NCBI GenBank assembly: GCA_025558095.1
Contig: JAIVFI010000028.1
Location: forward strand, 62,001-126,000
Length of the DNA: 64,000 nucleotides
DNA from: Hyaloraphidium curvatum SAG 235-1
Lineage: Eukaryota > Fungi > Monoblepharomycota
Direction of reading: 5' to 3'
Part shown: positions 9,448-18,746 of the stretch, in pieces
Position numbering within the stretch: position 1 is the stretch's first letter
How the letters are laid out: every line of letters begins with the position of its first letter
Translations under genes and position numbers: made by a program
The notes under the pieces: model-generated
What the model saw: only the letters and a program-made list of their open reading frames with translations
Told to the model about the DNA's origin: nothing
Database searches by the model: none

Positions 9448-11253
9448 ATGCCCCCGAAGAAATCCGGTGTTCCTAGAAAGTCCTGCGGGCCCTGCTTCGT
9501 GGATAAAAAACGATGTCTTCCCGGCACGGCCTCGGGGGCTGCGTGCCAACGCTGCGCGACGACCGGCCGGACCTGCGACTTTGCGGGCGCAGACGTGCTT
9601 CCGACACCAATCGCGCCGCCGACCGATGACATGACTCTTTTGGACTCTTCTTTGGACGTCGACGTCGGCACGATTTTATTCTCGGGACTTGCGGAGGCCG
9701 TGGAGTCATTCGTGGCGGGCGGCGCGCTTCCCATTCTCCATCCCACGACGCTCGCCGCACCGGGCCCGACGCTGCTGCTCGCTATTGCTGCTCTGGGCTC
9801 TTCCGATCTCGATGACGCGCGGACTTTCGCCGGGGCGGCCCTGACGAGCGTCCTGGCCGGTCTGCTGGACCCCCTCGAGACGGCACAGAGCGTGGTCCTG
9901 CTCCTCCATTACGCCATTTTCCGGACAATGTCGGCGGCCGTCCCACCGCTTCTGGTCACGGGACGTGCCGCCCTGGCTGCCCTGTGTTTGGACGCCTCGG
10001 GGAGCTTCTCACAGGAGATGCGGGAACCTGCCACGGTCGAGCAGTGGATCCGGGCCGAATCAGCATTGCGCTGCTGGTGCATGTTCAACGAGCTGGACAG
10101 CGGTGTGGCCTCCTACTTTGGCGACGCGGCCCTCTTCGATGCCGCCGTGTACCCCGTGCCTCTCCCGGCGCACGACAGCTATTTCCTCAGCCCGGACCCC
10201 CAATCGTCCTTCGACGCCCTCGTCGAAGCCGGAGCGTTCGGTCCGGGCCGCTTCGCCATCTTTTCGGCCAGCGCGGAGATGCACGCGCTGGAAGCCTGCA
10301 CCGCGGCCGTGCGGCAGATCGTCGGCGCCATCTTTGACCGGCGCGCGAGCTGCCTCGCCGCGTGCTCCGTCAAGGCGTTTGTCCGCAGTCTGCGCGCCAA
10401 GCTCCGCGGTTTCGCCAGCGATCACGGAGTATGTCCGTTGGCGATCGTCGGCAAGGAACGGGACGAGTGCACGCCGGACGAGGCCACCTATTGCGACGCG
10501 CTGGACGCTCTATACGACCTCGTTGGCGTCCTGTTGGATTCCATGCCTGAAGGTGTTGGGGTACCCCTGGCCGCTGGGGAGCCGCTCCCGCTCCTGTCGG
10601 ACCCTAGCTTCCCCGACCGCACGTGCGCGCGCATCGTTTTCATCGTGGTGTTCAATGTCCTGGCTACCTGCTTCGAAGCCGCCGCCGACCCGCGGGAGGG
10701 CTCCTCATCCTTGCCCTCGGTCGACGCCCTGTTCGGCTCCCCCGCCTTCCTCCGCATCCTGGACCGCGTGCAGACCATGTGCGACCTCCTCGAGCACCTC
10801 GACGACGCCGACCTCCCGCAGCTGCACCCGACGGTCATCGTCCACATGATGCGGGTTGGCATGTTCTCCGTCGTTCTGTTCCGCGTCGTGCGGGACGACC
10901 CGGCTTCGGGCTGGGCCGCGGACAGACTGCGCAGGAACGTGGAGGACATCGCGCGCGCACTGACGGCCATGGGGAACGGCAGCGCGCCCGCCGCGGCCAA
11001 GGTCGCGGCCGATTTCGCACGGGCCGCGAGGGCCGCGGGGGCGCTGGACGAGGGGTATGTCTCGCCGGAGGTGACGGATGCGGAGCTCGGGGAGGTACAC
11101 GTCGAGTTTGCCAAGCTGGGGATCGCGGAGCGCGAGTCGCCCGTGGCCGCGCTGTCGGAAGCGATGATCCAGCTCGACCGGGGAGTGTCGACTTGGCTGC
11201 CGTCGCTGGAGGATTGGACGCGGAGGCCGATTTCGGGCCAATTGATTCCGTAG
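9448..11253 (+). CDS. Zn(II)2Cys6 transcription factor
   Basis: CGPC-x6-C-x9-CQRC-x6-C at the N-terminus, plus a fungal TF middle-homology-like segment ESALRCWCMFNELD. Confidence 0.85.
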   Translation: MPPKKSGVPRKSCGPCFVDKKRCLPGTASGAACQRCATTGRTCDFAGADVLPTPIAPPTDDMTLLDSSLDVDVGTILFSGLAEAVESFVAGGALPILHPTTLAAPGPTLLLAIAALGSSDLDDARTFAGAALTSVLAGLLDPLETAQSVVLLLHYAIFRTMSAAVPPLLVTGRAALAALCLDASGSFSQEMREPATVEQWIRAESALRCWCMFNELDSGVASYFGDAALFDAAVYPVPLPAHDSYFLSPDPQSSFDALVEAGAFGPGRFAIFSASAEMHALEACTAAVRQIVGAIFDRRASCLAACSVKAFVRSLRAKLRGFASDHGVCPLAIVGKERDECTPDEATYCDALDALYDLVGVLLDSMPEGVGVPLAAGEPLPLLSDPSFPDRTCARIVFIVVFNVLATCFEAAADPREGSSSLPSVDALFGSPAFLRILDRVQTMCDLLEHLDDADLPQLHPTVIVHMMRVGMFSVVLFRVVRDDPASGWAADRLRRNVEDIARALTAMGNGSAPAAAKVAADFARAARAAGALDEGYVSPEVTDAELGEVHVEFAKLGIAERESPVAALSEAMIQLDRGVSTWLPSLEDWTRRPISGQLIP

Positions 11254-11282
11254 GGGATGGTTGATTGGGCAATTAACCGCAT

Positions 11283-12043
11283 CTACTCCGCCTTGCCGAC
11301 CGTCAGCTCCACCTCGGCGATGCCCTCGACGCTACCCTCGATCTTGTCGCCAGGGAGCACCGCAGCGACGCCCTCCGGCGTTCCCGTGTAGATCAGGTCC
11401 CCGGCCTGCAGGTGGTAGAACTGGCTCAGGTCGGCGATGATCTCCGGGATGTCCCAGATGAGCTTCGCAACGTCCGAGGACTGCTTGGTCGCGCCGTTGA
11501 CGCTCAGCACGATCGCCCCCTTGGACACGATCTGCCCCTCCATCGGCACGATCTCGGAGCACACGCTCGAGTGCTCCACGTCCTTGCCCAGGTCCCACGG
11601 CCGGCCCTTGTCCCGGGCCTCCAGCTGCACGTCGCGTCGGGTCATGTCGAGCCCGGCGGCGTATCCATACACGATCTCGGCGGCCTTGTCGGCAAGAACG
11701 CGGAAGCCGGGCTTGCCGATGGCAACCACCAGCTCCATCTCGAAGTGGTAGTTCTTGGTCGAGGGAGGATAGGGCGTGGTGGCACCTGGAAGCGCGAATC
11801 AGTTGGAGTCCGAGCGCGACTGGTAGTAAGCACCGCACCGCTCAGGGTCAGCGTGTCAATGGACTTGGTGAAGTAGAACGGCCTCTCCACCGACTTGTCC
11901 ACCGGCCGGCCCATCTCCCGGGCGTGAGCATGGTAGTTGCGGCCCACGAAGAAGAGGCGGTTGACAGGGAACTTTCGCTGCTCGCCGCGAACGGGCAGCG
12001 ACCGGACGGGCGGAGGCTCGAACAGGTATTCCGAGGCGGTCAT
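11283..12043 (-). CDS. Fumarylpyruvate hydrolase (FAH family, NagK-like)
   Basis: Exons are 12043-11839 and 11785-11283 (53-nt intron). Motifs are VGRNYHAHAREMG, FYFTK, YHFEMELVVAIGK, GLDMTRRD, GRPWDLGKD and GDLIYTGTPEGV. Confidence 0.92.
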
Positions 12044-12291
12044 CGTGAGCGTGGGCGGAACGTGCAGACAGTCTAGACGATGCGGCAGCAGCTAGTTTGC
12101 CTGCGGACCTTTTCTGTGATTCGGGGGACAGTTGCGGGGGCGAGGCCGCGTCTATCCCCCGACTTGCCCCCCGAGGGCAAACTGCTCGACCTAGAAGAGC
12201 CGCGAGCCACGATGCCTCCCGCATTGCCTCCCGTCTTCATCGCCAGTCGCCCTCTCGGACGCTCTCCCCGACACCGACAACCACCGTCGCA
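12044..12291. promoter_or_regulatory. Bidirectional promoter between the NagK-like hydrolase and the MFS transporter
   Basis: ~250 nt separate the divergent ATGs. It contains TTGCCCCCCGA (12164-12174) plus related CCCCCGA/TCGGGGG copies. Confidence 0.5.
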
Positions 12292-14076
12292 ATGGCAGGC
12301 TGCCTTTGTGGGTGACGCCGAACGCGACGCCCGTCCCTTGGGACGCTGGCGTTGCGCGCGCTCAACGACCCGCCACTTACGCGTTTTTCTTCGCAGGGCC
12401 CGACAAGAACAAGAAGATCGATGTCGCTCAGGAGTCCTTCATCCCCGAGGGCGACTGGTCCGCGGAGGAGGAGCGCCGCATCGTCCGCAAGATGGACAAC
12501 CGCATCCTGCTCCCGTGCTTCATCATGATGTTCCTCGGCTACCTCGACCGCCAGAACATGGCCAACGCCAAGGTCCTGAACTCGGGCACCGACGAGTCCA
12601 TCGAGGCCTCGTGGAACCTCACCGGCGTGCAGTTCAACTGGGTCATCTCCATCTACGGCATCGGCCTGTTCCTCTGCGAGCCGTTCGGCAACTTCCTGCT
12701 CAAGAAGATGTCGGCGCCCAAGTGGTTCTCCCGCATCATGGTCACCTGGGGCGCGATCGTCATGTGCCAGGCCGTGGTGCACAACTTTGCCGGCGCGATG
12801 GCAACACGCTTCTTCCTCGGTGTCGCCGAGGCCGGTCTGCTCCCCGGCGTGCCCTATTACCTCTCGTTCTGGTGGGTTGCGGCCTCTCTACCTCCCGCGT
12901 TTCGACTGACCTCGGCTTGTCCTTCCAGGTACACGCAGCGCGAACGCGGCAAGCGCATGGGCGTCTCGTTCACCGGCCTCGGCGTCGCGGGCATGGTCGG
13001 CGGCTTCATCGCCATCGGCGTCTCCAACATGAACGGCCTCGGCGGCTTGTTCAGCTGGCAGTGGCTCTTTATCCTCGAGGGCATCCCGGCCATCATCTAC
13101 GGCGTCGTCCTCTTTTTCATCCTGCCCGGTTTCCCGCAAGACGCCAAGTTCCTCACCGACGCCGAGAAAGACATCGCCGTCCGCCGCCTGCCGCCCAATG
13201 CGCCTTCCGCTCTGGACAAGATCACCAAGGACGACATCCTCAAGGAGCTCGCAGACCCCGTCCTGTGGCTCTTCTTCTTCTTCCAGTTCTTGATCGCCAT
13301 TCCCAGTGGGTGTCTTTGCCGTCTGCAGCACCCGATCCGCCCTCACCTCCTCGATCTCGCAGTCGCTGGCTCCTCCGCCCTGCTTCCCTCGATCATTCAG
13401 GGTCTCGGCTTCAAGACCTCGGTCCAGGCCAACGGCATCGCCGCCCTCTCGCACGGCTGCAACACCATCGCCATCCTGATCAACAGCTGGCACTCGGACT
13501 GGACCAACGAGCGCATCAAGCACATCATCTTCACCATCGCCTTCTTCCCGCTCGTCGGCTCCCTCCCCCTCGCCATCACCGCCCTCAACCCCTCCGCCGT
13601 CCCCGCCGGCGTGCGCCTCCTCTTCGTCCTCCTCGCCGGCCTCACCACCTCGGCCTACCCCATCATCTGGGCCTACCGCGCCAACAGCTCCAAGGGCACC
13701 GGCCGGGCGACGGTCAACTCGGCCTTCACGCTCACCGCCTACGCCGGTGCCCTCGTCGTCGGGCCGTTCCTGTTCCCCAACAAGGACGCGCCCAACTACG
13801 TGCCCGGCATGTTTGCCTCGTACGGCTGCTACGCCATTTCGCTCCTTTGCTTCATCCGTGGGTCTTGGACGCCTTTGCGCGATGGACAGGCTCTGAACCA
13901 CCCTACCTCCAGCCATCCCCTACATCCTCCGCTACCAGGCCGCGAAGAACGTCGAGGACATGCAGATCATGGAGACCGGCCACCACGCGGCCATCGCGAT
14001 CCCGATCGGCAAGGTGGCCCCGGAAGTCGCGGCCGAGATCCCGGAGAAGGCGCCTGTCGCCGAGGAGAAGATCTAG
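12292..14076 (+). CDS. MFS transporter, anion:cation symporter (Dal5/Tna1-like) family, multi-exon
   Basis: Motifs are EERRIVRKMDNRILLP, YLDRQNMANA, RFFLGVAEAGLLPG, YLSFW|YTQRERGKR, WQWLFILEG and DAPNY. Several short introns are in-frame. The first exon is inferred. Confidence 0.88.
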
Positions 14077-14178
14077 ACGATAGAGAAGACTTGGAAAAAG
14101 CAGCGTTTGTAGGCTGCAATTGTGTATTGGCGATTTCGTTTCTGATTGCATGGATTGTCACGATCTTGGCGATCACAG

Positions 14179-17100
14179 CTAGTCCGCATCGTCCGCCGCA
14201 GCCATCATCCTGTCTGTCGACCTAATCTCCCCAATGAGGGCGAACGGGATGAGCTGCGTGGATGTCAGCCCGAGGGAGCCGAACTCGCTGATGACTTGGT
14301 CGCTGCGGATTGAATCTATGAGACGTCGATTCGGCGAAGCAGACAGGCGCATACACACCTCATGATGCTCAGCAGCCACTTGTAGTACGGCGACAGAGAC
14401 ACCTGCTTCTTCTTCTTGGATCCCTTGCCCTTGGCCCCCCGCACCTCGCTTCCCCGGTCGACGAACCGATCCACCAAGGACGAGAGGTTGGGCGTCGACG
14501 TGGGCTCGGGGGCCGGGTGCAGGTTCCCGTAGAGCGTCATGACCTTGCCGTAGTCGGACATGGTGCGCAGCCACTTGCGGTACGCCTTTCCGCGGTCCGC
14601 GACGGGTTCGGCGGCAGCGTCCCCGGCGCCTTGGTCCTCGGAGTCGAGGTCCTCGTCGTCGTCGTCGTAGTCGCTCTCGTACTCGTCGTCGTCGTCGTCC
14701 TCAATGATATCCTTGACGACGTTCTTCGCACCCGTGCCCTCGACGTTGTTGCTCTTCAGGCTCGCGTCGACGTCCTCGAACCGGTACGGGCCCTCGCGCA
14801 CGGCCTTGGCAGCCATGTGGTTGCGCAAGGCGACGGGGAGGTACAGCGGGTTCATGAGGCCGAGGCCACCGGCGGTGCTGAATGCGACGACTCAGCACGT
14901 GAAAGCAAACGGAACCCGGTCGGCGCGCTCACATGGGCCAGAGCATCCATCCTTCCGGGATCGCGGAGCCGTCGACGCCGAACCGCCTCTCGCACTCGGC
15001 GCGGATCCATTCGACGACGCTCTTGCCGTCGAAGAACTCCCCGTATGCCTTGTCGAGCGCTTCCAAACCCTGATCCAGGATGTACGATGAAGGATTCCAC
15101 GCAATCCCGAGCATCTTGGTCACGTCGCGGGCCACGATGGTGTTGTAGTAGTTGACCGCGGCCAGGAGCGAGCCCGAGCGGGCGAGAAGCCGCGCGCGCA
15201 GCTTGGAGAGGTGCGAGTCCAGCTGCGACCGGTCGGCCCGGAACTCGAGCGATGCGAGATCGAGAGTGAGGAAATTCCAGGTCACCGGCCCCTGAGGAAG
15301 CCCGTGTTCGCGAACCAGCGCCTCCGTATCGCCGGCGACCGCGGCGGAACCGCACTTGTTCGGGTTCTCCCGCAGCCCGAACCCGGCCAGGGATGCCTTC
15401 CAGGTCTTCCAGGCCAGGCCGGCGTTCTCGGGTGCGGGTGAGAAGAAGTGCACATCGTCCACGACCCGGCGCGAGAAGAGCTCGTGCCCGCCCCGGCAGG
15501 CCGTGCAGACGGCAACGTCGGTGCCGAAGAGGATGAGCTCCGAGGCGAGGCGGGAGAGGGAATGGGCGAGGGGGACTCCCCGTGCCATTTTTTGCAGCGA
15601 GATTGCACCGGAGCTGGGATCCGTGAACTTGACGGAAGGAGTGAGGAAGCGCCTGAAAAAGTCCAGCACGTGGGTGGGAAAACCGAAGAATTCGAGCACT
15701 TGGTGCCACCTTCGGCGTCAGGCGCGATCGAGAAGTTGCGTCGAAACCGAAATCCCTCACCGGAAAGGCACACGTCGACCTCGATCGACAGGTAGAAGTC
15801 GGCGACATCGCCCTTGACTAGTACGCCCTTGGCATCGCTGTCCGGGTTCTCCGCGGGCCCGTACTTGGCGAACCCGATCTCGGCCAGCATCCAGTGCAGC
15901 AGCGCCTGCTTCTTGCTCAGGTACTGGGGCGCCGAGCTCCCGCCGTAGCCCGTCGTGTGCTCCTGCATCTCCACGTTGTCGGGCAGGCTGGCGCAAAACA
16001 GAAAGCCGCCGAGGACGTTCCTCCCCTGCGCAACGGATTGGTACGGCGCCCAGCTGTTGGTCAGGTCAGGGTAGTTGTCCTTCTTGACCTTCTCCTCCAC
16101 CGCGCTCCAGAGCTTCTCCAACAGGCCCTTTGCCCGCACACCGAGCCGAGCCCCGACGATCTGGTGGTACAGCGCCGTCAGGGGATCAGGCGGCACGACG
16201 AACGGCCTGATCTTGAGCGCCTTGTTGACGTGCAGCTCCAGCTTCGGCGGCGCTTCGGGGTCCCAGTCCCAGGCTTCCACGCCCGCCAGCATGCGGATGG
16301 TGAGCACGGTCGCGTACTCGGTCGCCAGGTCCTCCGAGGCCTGGATCGCGCGCAGCTGGGCGCGGCCGGCGGGGCCGAGCAGGTTGTCGCGCAGCACCGC
16401 CGCGAGCGCGGAGCGCAGCTCGGCAGGGGAGACGGGCGCGTAGAGGCCGCCGTTATTGGTGGTCGGGCCCAGGGGGGAGCTGGAGGACGAGGGCGGGCGG
16501 GTGCAGAATGCGGCGACCTGCTTGCGAATGTCTTCGAGCTGGGATGCAAAGGGGGCGAAGATGGAGTCCAGGTGCGCCTTGACCCCAGGTGTCGGTGCCT
16601 CCGGTATCTTGAGCAACAGGCCGTGTACCTTGTCCCGCACGAACGCGTCCCGGTCCGCCATGACTGCCGGGTCCTCCATCATGAGCCAGTCGTCTGACTC
16701 CTCTTCGGCCTCGGAATCGTCGCCGCCGTTGGCCGACACCCATTCCTCGAGGACCTTGCCGAACAACCAGGCCATGTCGGCGCGCTTCAGGCTCTTGTCG
16801 ATGTCCTTCTCCAGCTTCGCCACCCACCCGGCGACGGTCGCCGGCGCCACCGTGGCCGGGAACTGCGTCGCCTGGTCGACGAATGACTTGAGGTTGGCAT
16901 GATCTGCATGAATCAATTAAGCTCCGAGACGCATGCCGAAACGGAGCGGCACGCGCACCTCCGACGGACAGCACCCCCGTCGACCCGGCCGCCCCGCCGC
17001 GCGCGGTCCCCGACGCGAACGCGGCATCGGCCGAGGTCAGGGCATCGGAGAGCACGCGCAGCTTCTCTGCCGGCGAATCTTTTTCCGAGGCTTCGGCGCG

Positions 17101-17220
17101 GGCGCGCTCGAAGTGGGAGCGGAGCGCCCCGCGCTGCCGCCCGAGCTCGGCGAGCTTGATCCGCGCGAGCGCGTGCAGCTGCCCCTGCGCGCCGCCCGCG
17201 GTTTTGTCCGCGTGCAGCAT
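14179..17220 (-). CDS. rvt: rvt-class cellular reverse transcriptase-related protein (5 exons)
   Basis: The N-terminal coiled coil is LARIKLAELGRQR. Further motifs are ANLKSFVDQA, WLFGKVLEEW, EYATVL, WDW, GDVADFYLSI..VLEFFG, RGVPLAHSLS, RVVDDVHFF, GL.ENPNKCGS, LPQGPVTWNFL, WPI|TAGGLGLMNP and YYKWLL..FGSL. It has spliceosomal introns and no endonuclease or TSD. Confidence 0.85.
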
Positions 17221-17814
17221 CGGACGGTGGGGAATTGAATGGTTGCAATCGACGGGAGTTGCTCGAAGCGGGCCCCGCGAGATGAGTCGGGGTCGATTTC
17301 CCGCTCTGGGTGGAAGATCCCCGTGCTGTGCAGGGTTTTGGCAGCGCTTGCACCCGTCGGAGTGGAGCGGGGAGCGCGGGTGCCCTCGCACTGCATTGAT
17401 CAAGACTGCAGGACACCGTTGGAAGCCTGCAATCCTTGTGAAGGTGGTGACGGAACCAAGGCCCACCACGTTGCTGCGAGAGAGTATACATGAGTAACGT
17501 CGGCGGGTCCGCCTGCCATGCTTCTTAACAGGTTGTGATCAAGAATCCAAGGATGAACATGAGCGCAGCAGATTGATCCGAACGAATTGCTAATGCTAGC
17601 TCTGGATCGCATCTACGTGTGTATAGCAGCCGGCCATCTCCCCGCTCACCCAATCGTTCAGACCCTAGCTAGGCTCTCTGAAGGACATCCAGAGGGAAAG
17701 AGCGGTCTGTATCGCAATGGCATGCTGGTGGATGGCCGAGAGGGTTCGATGGCGCGCGGAGCTGAGGCGACGGCATCTCTAATTACATCTATCCCCCCCC
17801 CGGCGCGTCTTCGG

Positions 17815-18569
17815 CTAGGAAGACAGCTTGGGCCACTTTCCGTTGGCCTCGAGCCAATCCACGACCTGCTTCACCGACTCCTCGACCGACTGCTGGTCCG
17901 TCCGCACGTGGATCTCGGGCTTTAGGGGCGGTTCGTCTGCCGACGGGGTCGCGGGTGAGCGGTCCCGCCGCGGAAACCCGGCAGAGGTGCTCACAGGGTG
18001 CGTCGGGGCTCACGCCGGTGAAGTTTTTGATCTCGCCGGCGAGGGCCTTCTTGTAGAGGCCCTTGGGGTCGCGGTCCTTGATCAGCGTCTCGATGGGGCA
18101 GTCCACGAACACCTGGCGGCGAAACGGCGGTCCGTGACCGCGGAGGAGGCGGGCAGGACATGCGGCGCCGCACCTCGACGAAATCGAGCCCCGCGTCCGA
18201 CACCAGCTTCCGCACATTGTCCCTGTCCTCCCGGTACGGGCTTATGAAGCTCGTGAGGGCCGCCACCCCCGCGTCCGCAAACAGCTTCGCGACCTCCCCG
18301 ATCCGGCGGATGTTCTCGGCCCTGTCCTCGGGCGAGAAGCCGAGGTTCTTGTTGAGCCCGAACCGGATGTTGTCCCCGTCCAGGCGGTACGCGTTCACCC
18401 CCAGGTGGAGCAGGTGCTGCTCCAGCGCCACAGCGAGCGTGGATTTGCCCGAGGCGGAGAGGCCGGTGAACCACACCACGAGGCCGCGCTGGCCGAGGAG
18501 GGCGAAGCGCTCGGCGTGGGTGACGGTGCCGGCGTGCCAGGTGATGTTGGTGCTCTTCGGCTCGGCCAT
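17815..18569 (-). CDS. MET14: Adenylyl-sulfate (APS) kinase
   Basis: [45 protein letters not shown] and [10 protein letters not shown]; two short introns. Confidence 0.95.
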
Positions 18570-18746
18570 TCCGCGGACAGTGGGAGGCAAGCCCGAAATG
18601 CGGGGTAGCGAGGTATGAATGAGGGATGAATGGGGGCAGAGAGCGCGAGAGAGAAGAGGATGGCGCGATGGTTGGGAGCGGCTTCTGTTGCGCACCGTGC
18701 GGAAGCGCCTCTGAGAGGCAGATCGCACTTCGCCCTCGCGTCGGAA

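Noticed and set aside
1-14076. Bacterial contamination or chimeric assembly as the explanation for bacterial-like genes
   Set aside because: The genes contain GT-AG introns with branch points, are interleaved with Zn2Cys6 and fungal MFS genes, and match the window's composition.
14179-17220. Second retrotransposon or bacterial retron/defence RT
   Set aside because: It has four spliceosomal introns and no endonuclease, integrase, TSD or adjacent ncRNA that I could detect. The motifs fit the cellular rvt class.
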